A program made the translations under genes and the position numbers. A DNA stretch of 64,000 nucleotides from Burkholderiales bacterium. GTDB lineage: Bacteria; Pseudomonadota; Gammaproteobacteria; Burkholderiales; Burkholderiaceae_E. The number at the start of each line of letters is the position of its first letter. Position 1 is the first letter of the stretch. Below are positions 51,860-61,244 of this stretch, in pieces. A model generated the notes under the pieces. The model had not been told where the DNA came from. It searched no databases and saw only the letters and a list, made by a program, of their open reading frames with translations. The stretch covers positions 9,549 to 73,548 of the forward strand of contig JAPLQF010000006.1 in NCBI GenBank assembly GCA_026399875.1, read 5' to 3'.

Positions 51860-53287
51860 TCAGTTGCCAAGGCGCAGCGTCGGCGGCAGACCGGCGCCGG
51901 GCCCGGAGGTGCCGATCAGTCGCTGCGCACGGCGGGTGGCGGCTTGCGGGACGACCGCGAGCACTGGCACGCCGCAGGCTGCAGTGAGATCGTCGGCAGT
52001 GCGAAGCGGCCGGTTCATCGACTCGAGCGTGAGCGCGGCCAGCACTGCCACGAATAGACCGAGCAGCCCGCCGATCAGCGCGTTGAGCATCGGCTGCGGA
52101 CGCGACGGCATGGTCGGCACCGAGGCTGGCGTCAGGATGCTGACATTGGACTGACGCGCCTGGCTCTCGAGGCTGGTCTCGGTAAAGCGCTGGGCCACCA
52201 GATCGAGCGCGCGCTGCGAGCCCTGCACCTCACGCTCGAGCACCTGCAGACGGTCGCGCGCCGACTTGATGCCGGCGACCTTGGCGCGCTGCGCTTCGAG
52301 CAGTCCGCGCAGCTCGGCCTCGCGGCGCAGATTGACATCGTTGCCGGCGGCGATGCTGCCGCCTACCCGCGCCATCTCGGTCTGCAGCCGCGCACGCAGC
52401 TGATCAAGCTCGGCCTGGGCCGCCTGATACTCGGGATGCGCCGGACCGAGCCGGGCAGCGAGTTGCTTCAGGCGCGCCTCGGCACGACCGAGATCACCGC
52501 TGAGCGTCTGCAGCAGCGGATTGGCCACCACCTCGGGCATCGAACCCGCACCGCGCTGCGCGGTCTGAGCGCGCGACCGGCTCTCGGCCAGCGCGGCCTG
52601 CACCATCACAAGTTGTGTCGACAGCTCATTCAGACGCGCATTCTCGACATCGAGACGCTCATCGTTGGCAAGGATGCCGCTGGCACGCTGCGCGGTCGAT
52701 ACCTTTTTCTGCGCTTCCTCGAGACGCTCGCGATAGTCCTTGCTCTGCGACTCGAACCAGAGTCTGAAATTGCGGGCCGGTTCTGTCTTGAGTTCGAGAC
52801 CGGTCTCGACATAAGCCCGGGCAAAGCCGTTGACGATCGCCGCAGTCAACGCCGGGTCGGTGCCCTCATAGGCGATCGTGAGCGTCGTGCCCTCACGCGA
52901 CGGATCGACCGCGAGCTTCTTGTCGAAATGCCGCTTGATGCGGCTTCGTAAAAGGCCGCCCTCGTCGCCGCCTTCGTCGTTGGCCACCGCGAGCATCACC
53001 GGATTGGCCTCCAGGCCGAGCGCGTCGATCACCCGGTTGACCACGCGCTCGCTGCGAATGATCTCGGCCTGGGTGACCAGATAGCCCTGGATGGTCTGGG
53101 GCATCATCACCGCGCCGCCCAGCACCGGGTCGGTTCCCTTGATCTCGAAGACCAGCGTGGTCGATGCCTGATATTTCTTGGTCAGCACCAGACTGACCGC
53201 AGTCGTGACCGCCAGCGTCATCAGAAAGATGATCGCGATGATCCCGAAACGGGCCTTGAGAATCCGCATGAACTGCTGCACGACCAT
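51860..53287 (-). CDS. chain-length determinant (Wzz/PCP) protein
   Basis: N-terminal TM (IIAIIFLMTLAVTTAVSLVL), a long coiled-coil periplasmic region and a C-terminal TM (LIGGLLGLFVAVLAALTL). Confidence 0.82.
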   Translation of the reverse strand: MVVQQFMRILKARFGIIAIIFLMTLAVTTAVSLVLTKKYQASTTLVFEIKGTDPVLGGAVMMPQTIQGYLVTQAEIIRSERVVNRVIDALGLEANPVMLAVANDEGGDEGGLLRSRIKRHFDKKLAVDPSREGTTLTIAYEGTDPALTAAIVNGFARAYVETGLELKTEPARNFRLWFESQSKDYRERLEEAQKKVSTAQRASGILANDERLDVENARLNELSTQLVMVQAALAESRSRAQTAQRGAGSMPEVVANPLLQTLSGDLGRAEARLKQLAARLGPAHPEYQAAQAELDQLRARLQTEMARVGGSIAAGNDVNLRREAELRGLLEAQRAKVAGIKSARDRLQVLEREVQGSQRALDLVAQRFTETSLESQARQSNVSILTPASVPTMPSRPQPMLNALIGGLLGLFVAVLAALTLESMNRPLRTADDLTAACGVPVLAVVPQAATRRAQRLIGTSGPGAGLPPTLRLGN

Positions 53288-53427
53288 GGCGCTGACCTCC
53301 GGTGCCAGCCCCCTCGATGCGCATCAGATCGATGCCGGAACGTCGAGCGAAGCAGGTACTGTCAATCATGCGCTGCTGCGACTGGCGCAGGCTTGGGTGA
53401 GGCATGGGCATTCGACCCGACGCCGGG

Positions 53428-54330
53428 TCAGACCGCGACTCGCCTCTCGGTGAGGTCATCGAGCAGCAACTCGATGCCTTGCTCCCAGGGCGGCAGCGTC
53501 ACGCCAAAACGCGCCACCAGCGCAGCCGTCGACATCCGCGAATTCAACGGTCGGCGGGCTCGGGTCGGATACTGCTCGGCTGGGATGCCGTCGATCACAC
53601 CAGCCTTGATCGGCCAGCCACGCTTGCGCGCGCCCTCGATGACTGCACAGGCCAGACCATGCCAGGAGGTGCTGCCGCTTGCGGTCAGGTGATAGACACC
53701 CGATTCGAAGCGACCCTGCGCCGATTCATCGGCTGCGCGTGCGACCGCGTGGGTGGTGACATCGGCAATCAGACGGGCACCGGTTGGCGCTCCGAACTGA
53801 TCGGCCACCACCTTGAGCGCATCGCGCTCGCAGGCCAGCCTCAGCATCGTGCGCGGAAAGTTGCCACCGCGCGCGGCATAGACCCAGCTGGTGCGAAACA
53901 CCAGCCAGCGCCCGCCGACGGTGGCGATCGCCTGCTCGCCCATCAGCTTGCTGCGCCCGTAGACGCTCACTGGTGCAGTCGGATCGCTCTCGACATAGGG
54001 CTGCTGGGATATGCCGTCGAACACATAGTCGGTGGAGTAGTGCACCAGCAGCGCATCCAGCGCAAGGGCTTCCTGGGCCAGCACACCCGGCGCCTCGCCG
54101 TTGATGCGCATGGCGGCGGCCTGGTCGTCTTCCGCCTTGTCGACCGCGGTATAAGCCGCCGCATTGAGGATCACATCGGGGCGCAGGCGTCTGACCAGAC
54201 GACGCAGACCCTCAGGATCGGCGAGATCGGCGTGGCTGCGATCAAGCGCAATCACCTCGCCCAGCGGCTGAGCGGCACGCGCCAGCTCCCAGCCGACCTG
54301 GCCATTGGCGCCGGTGATCAGGATCTTCAC
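53428..54330 (-). CDS. rmlD: dTDP-4-dehydrorhamnose reductase
   Basis: MKILITGANGQVGWEL and YGRSKLMGE. GTG start overlapping the rmlC stop. Confidence 0.9.
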   Translation of the reverse strand: MKILITGANGQVGWELARAAQPLGEVIALDRSHADLADPEGLRRLVRRLRPDVILNAAAYTAVDKAEDDQAAAMRINGEAPGVLAQEALALDALLVHYSTDYVFDGISQQPYVESDPTAPVSVYGRSKLMGEQAIATVGGRWLVFRTSWVYAARGGNFPRTMLRLACERDALKVVADQFGAPTGARLIADVTTHAVARAADESAQGRFESGVYHLTASGSTSWHGLACAVIEGARKRGWPIKAGVIDGIPAEQYPTRARRPLNSRMSTAALVARFGVTLPPWEQGIELLLDDLTERRVAV

Positions 54331-54875
54331 TCGAAGACCTCGGCATCGGCGAACGCGACGCCCGCGCGATCCTTGGCAGACAGCTGCGGCGCGATGTCGC
54401 CAAGAGGCCAGTCGATGCCGATCGCCGGGTCGTTCCAGGCAATGCAGCGCTCGTACTCAGGCGCGTAAAAGTCGGTGGTCTTGTAGAGAAAATCGGCACT
54501 CTCGGAGAGCACCACGAAACCGTGGGCAAAGCCGGCGGGCACCCAGAACTGACGCTTGTTCTCGCCGCTCAATTCAACGCCATACCACTGACCGAAGGTG
54601 GGCGAGGCACGCCGGACATCGAGCGCGACATCGAAGACCCTGCCCTGCACCACCCGCACCAGCTTGCCCTGCGGCTGGCGCAGCTGATAGTGCAGCCCGC
54701 GCAGCACGCCGCGCCCGCTGCGCGAATGGTTGTCCTGCACGAAGGAGGGCGACACGCCGCTCAGTTCGCGAAAGGTCCGCTCGTTGTAGCTCTCCATGAA
54801 AAATCCGCGTTCGTCGCCGAACACACGGGGCTCGAGAACCAGCAGGCCATCGATGGGTGTCCTGATCGGGGTCAT
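54327..54875 (-). CDS. rmlC: dTDP-4-dehydrorhamnose 3,5-epimerase
   Basis: LVLEPRVFGDERGFFMESYN, GVLRGLHYQ and AHGFVVLS. Start taken at MTPIRTPI. Confidence 0.92.
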   Translation of the reverse strand: MTPIRTPIDGLLVLEPRVFGDERGFFMESYNERTFRELSGVSPSFVQDNHSRSGRGVLRGLHYQLRQPQGKLVRVVQGRVFDVALDVRRASPTFGQWYGVELSGENKRQFWVPAGFAHGFVVLSESADFLYKTTDFYAPEYERCIAWNDPAIGIDWPLGDIAPQLSAKDRAGVAFADAEVFE

Positions 54876-54888
54876 TGCGCCGCGCCGC

Positions 54889-55773
54889 TCAGAAGATGCG
54901 TTCGGTGGGCAGGCGCGCCAGATACTGACCGTAGCTGCTCTTGCCGAGTTCGGTGGCCAGGCGGCCAAGCTGCTGATCGTCGATCCAGCCCTTGCGCCAG
55001 GCAACCTCCTCGGGGCTGCCGACCCGCAGACCCTGGCGCCGCTCGATGGTCTGGATGAACAGCCCAGCCTCGATCAGCGACTCGTGCGTGCCGGTATCGA
55101 GCCAGGCATGGCCGCGGCCCAGCAACTGCACATCGAGCGCACCGCGCTCGAGGTAGACGCGATTGAGGTCGGTGATCTCGAGTTCGCCGCGCAACGACGG
55201 TTTGAGATCGCGCGCGATGCCAACCACCTGCGGGTCGTAGAAATAGAGCCCGGTGACCGCATAGCGGCTCTTGGGCGCTTTCGGCTTTTCTTCGAGGCTG
55301 ATCGCATGACCCTGGGCATCGAACTCGACCACGCCATAACGCTCGGGGTCGTTGACCGGATAGGCAAACACCGTCGCCCCCTGGGTGCGGGCGGCTGCTT
55401 TCTCGAGCTCGCGCCCGAGGTCCTGGCCATAGAAGAGGTTGTCGCCCAGCACCAGCGCCGAGTGCGAGTCACCGACGAAGGTATCGCCGATCAGGAAGGC
55501 CTGCGCCAGACCACCCGGCTCGGGCTGGACCGCAAACGAGAAACTCATGCCCCACTTCCTGCCGTCGCCCAGCAACTGCTCGAAGCGCGGCGTGTCCTGC
55601 GGGGTGGAGATGATCAGGATGTCGCGGATGCCGGCCAGCATCAGCGTGGACAGCGGGTAATAGATCATCGGCTTGTCATAGACCGGCATCAGCTGCTTGG
55701 AGACGGCCAGCGTGCAGGGATGAAGCCGGGTGCCGGCGCCGCCGGCGAGGATGATGCCTTTGCGTGAAGTCAT
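54889..55773 (-). CDS. rmlA: glucose-1-phosphate thymidylyltransferase
   Basis: [17 protein letters not shown] and [15 protein letters not shown]. Confidence 0.94.
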   Translation of the reverse strand: MTSRKGIILAGGAGTRLHPCTLAVSKQLMPVYDKPMIYYPLSTLMLAGIRDILIISTPQDTPRFEQLLGDGRKWGMSFSFAVQPEPGGLAQAFLIGDTFVGDSHSALVLGDNLFYGQDLGRELEKAAARTQGATVFAYPVNDPERYGVVEFDAQGHAISLEEKPKAPKSRYAVTGLYFYDPQVVGIARDLKPSLRGELEITDLNRVYLERGALDVQLLGRGHAWLDTGTHESLIEAGLFIQTIERRQGLRVGSPEEVAWRKGWIDDQQLGRLATELGKSSYGQYLARLPTERIF

Positions 55774-56900
55774 GATGCAGGGGTGTCCCGGTCGGCGTAG
55801 TGGCTCTGTACCCAGTCCTGGTAGCGTCCTGACAGGACGCCTTCGACCCAGCCGGCATGATCGAGGTACCAGCGCACTGTGCGCCGGATACCGGTCTCGA
55901 AGGTCTCGGCCGGTTGCCAGCCGATCTCGTCGGCAATCTTGCGGGCATCGATGGCATAACGCCGGTCATGGCCGGGCCGATCGGTCACGAAGGTGATCAG
56001 GCGCTCGCGCGGGCCAACCGAATCGGGCTGCATCTCGTCGAGCAGCGCACATACCGTGCGCACAATCTCGATGTTCGACTTCTCGTTCCAGCCGCCGATG
56101 TTGTAGGTCTCGCCCAGCCGACCGCGCTCGAGCACCATGCGGATCGCCTCGCAATGGTCGGTGACATAGAGCCAGTCGCGCACATTCATGCCATCGCCAT
56201 AGACCGGCAGCGGCTCGCCGCGCAGGGCGCGGGTGATCACCAGCGGGATCAGCTTTTCGGGAAACTGGAAGGGGCCGTAGTTGTTGGAACAGTTGGTGGT
56301 GAGCACAGGCAGGCCGTAGGTATGGTGCCAGGCGCGTACCAGGTGATCGGAGGCCGCCTTGGAGGCACTGTAGGGGCTGTTCGGCTGGTAGGGATGGGTC
56401 TCGGTGAACGCCGGGTCGTCGGCAGCCAGCGAGCCATAGACCTCGTCGGTCGAGACATGCAGGAAGCGGAAGGCGGCATGGGCCTCGGGCGCATCGCCGC
56501 GCAGGCTCGCCCAGTAATGGCGGGCGGCCTCCAGCAGCACAAAGGTGCCGTGGATATTGGTGCGCAGGAAGGCCTCCGGACCGTGGATCGACCGGTCGAC
56601 ATGGCTTTCAGCAGCAAAGTGCACGATCGCGCGCGGCCGATGTTTGGCCAGCAGGCTGTCGACCAGAGCACGGTCGGTGATGTCGCCGCGCACGAAATGA
56701 TGACGGGCATCGCCCTCGAGCGATGCCAGGTTCTCGAGGTTGCCGGCATAGGTCAGTGCATCGAGGCTGACAACCGGCTCGCCGGTGGCACGCAGCCACT
56801 CGAGTACGAAATTCGAACCGATGAAACCTGCAGCGCCGGTAACGAGAATCACGGTGGGGAGCCTTGCGGAAAACGGGTGGCCGATCAGAACACTCACCAC
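55770..56900 (-). CDS. rmlB: dTDP-glucose 4,6-dehydratase
   Basis: [22 protein letters not shown] and [11 protein letters not shown]. The GTG start at 56900 is uncertain. Confidence 0.92.
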   Translation of the reverse strand: MVSVLIGHPFSARLPTVILVTGAAGFIGSNFVLEWLRATGEPVVSLDALTYAGNLENLASLEGDARHHFVRGDITDRALVDSLLAKHRPRAIVHFAAESHVDRSIHGPEAFLRTNIHGTFVLLEAARHYWASLRGDAPEAHAAFRFLHVSTDEVYGSLAADDPAFTETHPYQPNSPYSASKAASDHLVRAWHHTYGLPVLTTNCSNNYGPFQFPEKLIPLVITRALRGEPLPVYGDGMNVRDWLYVTDHCEAIRMVLERGRLGETYNIGGWNEKSNIEIVRTVCALLDEMQPDSVGPRERLITFVTDRPGHDRRYAIDARKIADEIGWQPAETFETGIRRTVRWYLDHAGWVEGVLSGRYQDWVQSHYADRDTPAS

Positions 56901-57160
56901 ACACAGGGTCCAGGAGCCTGGTCGCAGTATACCGAGGCCTTAGGCAGCGATTTAGCGCGGCAGCATGACTCTCGCGTAGGAGGCCCCGCCCTTGCCAAGG
57001 GGCAGGGATGGCCGCCTGCGCACTCATCGCACCGCGCCCCGATCAGGGAATGCCGCGGTCTGCGGTCGGAGAAAGACCCGCGCCCGCAATGCCCCCGCGG
57101 CACCGGCAACGCGGCTGCCATGATCGGTCACACCCGCTCACCTGGCAGGGCAAGGCCCCC

Positions 57161-58402
57161 ATGACACCCCCACAGACTGCCGAACTCGCTTCAACCTCGA
57201 CCGACTGGCCGGCAACCGACATGATGGTGGATTCCGCAACGACCGCCAGCGCGAGTATCAGCGCTGTCGATCGCGCTGTTGATATCGCGGGCGATGCCGA
57301 CCGCGCTGTCCTCGCCCGCGAGCTGTCGATCGTGGTGCCGACCTTCAACGAATCGGCCAATGTCGCCGAACTGACCCGGCGATTGGGCGAGGCGCTGCGC
57401 GGCATTGCCTGGGAGCTGGTCTATGTCGACGACGACTCGCCCGACCATACCGCCGAGGCGGTCCGCCAGCTCGCTCAGAACGATGCCCGGGTGCGGGTGA
57501 TCCAGCGCATCGGTCGACGCGGCCTGTCGTCGGCCTGTGTCGAGGGTGTGCTGGCGACCAGCGCGCCGTTTGTCGCGGTCATGGACGCCGACCTGCAGCA
57601 TGACGAGCGCCTGCTGCCCGCGATGTTGCAGACCCTGCGCCGGGGTGGCCTGGACATCGCCATCGGCAGCCGCTATGTCGATGGCGGCCAGATCGGCGAG
57701 TGGGATGAGCAGCGCGCCACGATCAGCCGGCTGGCCACCCGCGTCAGCCATGCGGTCGTGCCGGCCGCGCTCAAGGATCCGATGAGCGGGTTTTTCATGA
57801 TCCGGCGAGAGGCCTTCATGGATCGTGTGCACAGCCTGTCGGCGCTCGGCTTCAAGATCCTGGTCGATCTCTTTGCCTCGGGCACGCAGCCGCTGCGCTT
57901 CATCGAGCTGCCCTATGCGTTTCGGGCGCGCCACGCCGGCCAGAGCAAGCTCGACAGCCATGTCGCCTGGGACTACGGGATGCTGCTGATCGACAAGCTG
58001 ATCGGCCGCTGGATACCGGCGCGCTTCGTATCCTTCGGGCTGATCGGCAGCGCCGGCGTGATCGTCCACATGGCGGTGCTGGCGGCGCTCTTCAAACCCG
58101 GCCTGGTCAGCTTCCAGCTTGGTCAGGCACTTGCGGCTGCGGTGGCGATGGTCTTCAACTTCTTCGTCAACAACCTGCTGACCTATCGTGACCAGCGACT
58201 GCGCGGCGCACGCCTGCTGCGCGGCCTGGCCAGCTTCATGTTGGTGTGCAGCGTGGGCGCGGTCGCCAACGTGGGGGTGGCGCAGTTCCTGTTCAGTCAT
58301 GAACAGGGATGGGTGCCGGCCGCACTCATCGGCATCGTGGTCGCCGCAGTCTGGAACTTCGCAACGTCGTCGTTCTACACCTGGGGCCGGCGCAGCGGAT
58401 GA
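57161..58402 (+). CDS. GT2 polyprenyl-phosphate glycosyltransferase fused to a GtrA-like membrane domain
   Basis: SIVVPTFNESANV, VDDDSPD and MDADLQHD (DPM1/ArnC/GtrB-like), then 4 TM segments with FNFFVNNLLTYRD and WNFATSSFYTW (GtrA family). Confidence 0.82.
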   Translation: MTPPQTAELASTSTDWPATDMMVDSATTASASISAVDRAVDIAGDADRAVLARELSIVVPTFNESANVAELTRRLGEALRGIAWELVYVDDDSPDHTAEAVRQLAQNDARVRVIQRIGRRGLSSACVEGVLATSAPFVAVMDADLQHDERLLPAMLQTLRRGGLDIAIGSRYVDGGQIGEWDEQRATISRLATRVSHAVVPAALKDPMSGFFMIRREAFMDRVHSLSALGFKILVDLFASGTQPLRFIELPYAFRARHAGQSKLDSHVAWDYGMLLIDKLIGRWIPARFVSFGLIGSAGVIVHMAVLAALFKPGLVSFQLGQALAAAVAMVFNFFVNNLLTYRDQRLRGARLLRGLASFMLVCSVGAVANVGVAQFLFSHEQGWVPAALIGIVVAAVWNFATSSFYTWGRRSG

Positions 58403-60207
58403 GTCGCAAGCTGAGCCCGGCAGACTGGCTCGCGACCGCCGCGGTCACCGCTGCGGCGAGCCTGCTGGCAGTGCTCGCGTTATGGCCGATCGGGCCGGGC
58501 AACGATCAGGCGCTTTTTCTCTACTACGCCCGGGCGATGCGCGAGGGTGCCACGCTCTATGCCGATCTCTGGGACAACAAGCCGCCCGGCATCTTCGCCT
58601 TCTATGTCGGTGCAGCCACTCTCTTCGGCGAGGGCTGGGGCGCGGTGCGGCTGGCCTTTGCGCTGTGGCTGGGAGTGGGTGCGGGCGCGATTGCCGCGTT
58701 GTGCCGGATCGTCGCACCCGGACAGATCGCCTGGATGATCGCCCCTGCACTGACGGTGGGCCTTGCGCTGCTTCGCCTGGATGCCGAGCGCCCGGCCCAG
58801 GTCGAGTCGCTTCTGCCGACACTGCTTGCCGTGCTGATGCTGCTGATGGCGCTCGAACCGGCCTCGACCGCCACCCGATCGGCGCGCTGGATCGGCGCCG
58901 GCCTGATCGTCGGGCTGGTGGCCGCTTTCAAGCCGGTGCTGGCACCGGTCGCGCTGGCAATGTGCCTGACCGGGCTGGCCTGGCGGATGGGCCGTCGCGA
59001 ACTGTCGATGCGGGCCGCGGTGATGGCAGCCGGGCTGGGCATCATCGGCACCCTGCTGGTATGGCTGCCGATCGTGATCTGGGTCGAGCGACATCAGATT
59101 GGTCCGGAGTTCGTCTGGACGATGCTTCGCTATCCGCAACTGGCGCTTGCCGAGGTGCCGATGCAAAAGCCGGCGATGCTGGTCGCGGCCTTGCGCTGGC
59201 TGGTCGTCACCTGCGGGCTGCTGCTGCCGGCAGCGGCGCTCTACGCCTGGCAGGCCGCCGCAGGCGAGGACGGGAGCGAACGTGGCAGCGAACGTGGCAG
59301 CAACCTTGACACCAAGCCAGCGAGCGAGCGCCGGCCAAGGCTCGCCACGCTGGTCACCGTGATGTGCACCGCCTGGCTGGTCAGCGGCCTTGCGATGATC
59401 CTGATGCAGCGCTTCTCCTGGTGGGACACCCACATGGATCTGGTGGTATGGCCGATCGGTCTGATGGCGGCGCTGGGCATGAGCCTGATCAGGAACAGAG
59501 GCAAAGTCGTCAGCCCTGACCGGACCCGCCCGGCGGTCTGGCTGCGCGCCGGGCAGCTGGCGAGTCTCCTGGCGATTGGCGCGATGGCGGTGCACGGTGC
59601 GCGCTTCCTGCAGGCGGCGAGCGGTTCACCCGACTGGCCACGGCCTGCCATCGAACGCGAGGCACTCGAGACTGCGCACACGGTGATGGCAGCGAGCATC
59701 ACGCCCTGCGGGACGATCTATGCCATCGGCGATCAGGCCGGCGTCGAGCGCGAAACCGGGCTGCGCCAGGCCATCGCCACGCATGGACTGTGGTTCGGCG
59801 CCTTCCTGCCCTCGCAGGTGAGGCGACTGCCGGCCGAGCTTGAATCAGCACGCCCCGACCTGGTGTATCTCGATGGCGCAGAGCGGCGCGACTTCGCCGC
59901 TGGCTATCCGGCGCAGGCGCTTGAGATCGAGCGCTGGCTTGCGCGCGACTACACGCCCGGTGCGGTCGATGCGCTGCAGGGCCAGTGGTGGCAGCGGCGC
60001 CGTTCACCGCAGGACGCCACCGACTGCCCGATGGCGCAACGATTCGCCATTCCGGGTGGCGATCCGGCAACCGCGGCAGCAAGCCCCTCGCCGCAGAAAC
60101 CGGACGCAGTGACCTCGCTGTCGACTGATACCGCGAGTCCGATCACAAGGTCGCGGCCCCCTGCCGCCGCCCCCGCAGGGTCAGCCACAGCCACAAACCT
60201 GCGGTAA
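58399..60207 (+). CDS. GT-C fold membrane glycosyltransferase (ArnT/PMT, GT39/83-like) with large C-terminal domain
   Basis: ATGA overlap with the GT2 gene. N-terminal loop NDQALFLYYARAMREGATLYADLWDNKPPG, about 11 TM segments and a roughly 230-aa soluble C-terminus. The last 65 nt or so overlap the convergent SURF1 gene. Confidence 0.7.
   Translation: MSRKLSPADWLATAAVTAAASLLAVLALWPIGPGNDQALFLYYARAMREGATLYADLWDNKPPGIFAFYVGAATLFGEGWGAVRLAFALWLGVGAGAIAALCRIVAPGQIAWMIAPALTVGLALLRLDAERPAQVESLLPTLLAVLMLLMALEPASTATRSARWIGAGLIVGLVAAFKPVLAPVALAMCLTGLAWRMGRRELSMRAAVMAAGLGIIGTLLVWLPIVIWVERHQIGPEFVWTMLRYPQLALAEVPMQKPAMLVAALRWLVVTCGLLLPAAALYAWQAAAGEDGSERGSERGSNLDTKPASERRPRLATLVTVMCTAWLVSGLAMILMQRFSWWDTHMDLVVWPIGLMAALGMSLIRNRGKVVSPDRTRPAVWLRAGQLASLLAIGAMAVHGARFLQAASGSPDWPRPAIEREALETAHTVMAASITPCGTIYAIGDQAGVERETGLRQAIATHGLWFGAFLPSQVRRLPAELESARPDLVYLDGAERRDFAAGYPAQALEIERWLARDYTPGAVDALQGQWWQRRRSPQDATDCPMAQRFAIPGGDPATAAASPSPQKPDAVTSLSTDTASPITRSRPPAAAPAGSATATNLR
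59272..59304. repeat. 12-bp tandem repeat (GGCAGCGAACGT x2 plus partial), encodes GSERGSERGS
   Basis: Direct reading, in frame within the GT-C gene. Confidence 0.85.
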
Positions 60208-60958
60208 CCGCGGCCATCGCATACCACTGCACCGCATAGCCGCGGTGGCGATCGACACCGGACGCAGGCTGCACCCAGTCACGGGCCAGCCCGTCGTCGA
60301 GCTCGACAGTCTGGCGCACCAGCACCGGTTGCATCGGCAGGCCCGACCAGCGGGCATAGTCGGGCATCGACAGATGCTGCCAGATACGCGCCGAGGCCTC
60401 TTTGCCTGCACCCTTGCCTGCAGACAGTCCGGCGGCCGACGGATCGGCGGCGCCGCCTTCGGGTGCGCTTGCGCCGAGCACGATCGGCTGCGGCAGATCG
60501 ACGACCGCCAGCCCCTCGATGCGCTGCAAGCCGGTGGGTGTTCGCAGCGGCGGCAGGCGGGTTCGCTCGGCAATGTCGCGGGCGATCCAGCCGCGCAGCA
60601 CCAGCACATAGCGGACGGTGTCGCCGGCGGACGGATCGGCCTCGATGCGCATCGGCGTGAGCACATGAAAGCCCGCGACGCCCTGGCGGGTGCGGTTGTC
60701 GAGAAAGACTGTGTGCGGCTCATCGAAGCGACCTTCGACCGAGACCCGCTGGCCATCGGTCGCGGCGGCATCAAGCAGCGCGGTGCCGATCGGCAGGGGC
60801 GCACGGGCCAGCGCCTGGTCACGCTGCAACTGGAGCTGCGCCTTGTCGTCGGCGCGCCGCAACTGCCAGTTGCCAAGCGACACCGTCAGCGCCACGACCG
60901 CCACCGCGGCCAGCGTGGGGATCACCGATGCGCGCATAAGCGCCTGCGGCATGTGCAT
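60143..60958 (-). CDS. SURF1 cytochrome oxidase assembly protein
   Basis: LGNWQLRRADDKAQL and C-terminal HRGYAVQWYAMAAV plus a TM segment. The start is uncertain (ATG at 60958, 60952 or 60937). Confidence 0.88.
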   Translation of the reverse strand: MHMPQALMRASVIPTLAAVAVVALTVSLGNWQLRRADDKAQLQLQRDQALARAPLPIGTALLDAAATDGQRVSVEGRFDEPHTVFLDNRTRQGVAGFHVLTPMRIEADPSAGDTVRYVLVLRGWIARDIAERTRLPPLRTPTGLQRIEGLAVVDLPQPIVLGASAPEGGAADPSAAGLSAGKGAGKEASARIWQHLSMPDYARWSGLPMQPVLVRQTVELDDGLARDWVQPASGVDRHRGYAVQWYAMAAVTAGLWLWLTLRGRRQGAATL

Positions 60959-60994
60959 CCGGGCACTTCGGGTGCCCGTGCGATACTGGAATTC

Positions 60995-61207
60995 ATGAAG
61001 ATCATCATCGTTATTGCCTTTGTGGCCATCATCGCCAGCCTGATGTCGGCGCTTTTTTTCATGATGCGCGACAAAGGCCAATCGCGAAACACCGTTCGCG
61101 CGCTCACCGTCAGGGTGGCATTGTCGGCCTGCCTGTTCATTTTCCTGCTGGTGGCCAACTATTTCGGCTGGATCCAGAGTCAGGGCGTGCCGATAGACGG
61201 CCCCTGA
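60995..61207 (+). CDS. twin transmembrane helix small protein (DUF2909)
   Basis: 70 aa with two TM helices (IIIVIAFVAIIASLMSALFF and VALSACLFIFLLVANYF). Divergent from SURF1, as in other cox clusters. Confidence 0.7.
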   Translation: MKIIIVIAFVAIIASLMSALFFMMRDKGQSRNTVRALTVRVALSACLFIFLLVANYFGWIQSQGVPIDGP

Positions 61208-61244
61208 TCCAAACGCCCGACGCGGGGGCGGCGCTGCGCGCGCT

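Noticed and set aside
37136-60207. Calling the glycan block a mobile element or genomic island
   Set aside because: No integrase, transposase, tRNA target or flanking direct repeats could be seen. Only the broken synteny supports an insertion, so it is reported as a finding and not annotated as mobile_element.
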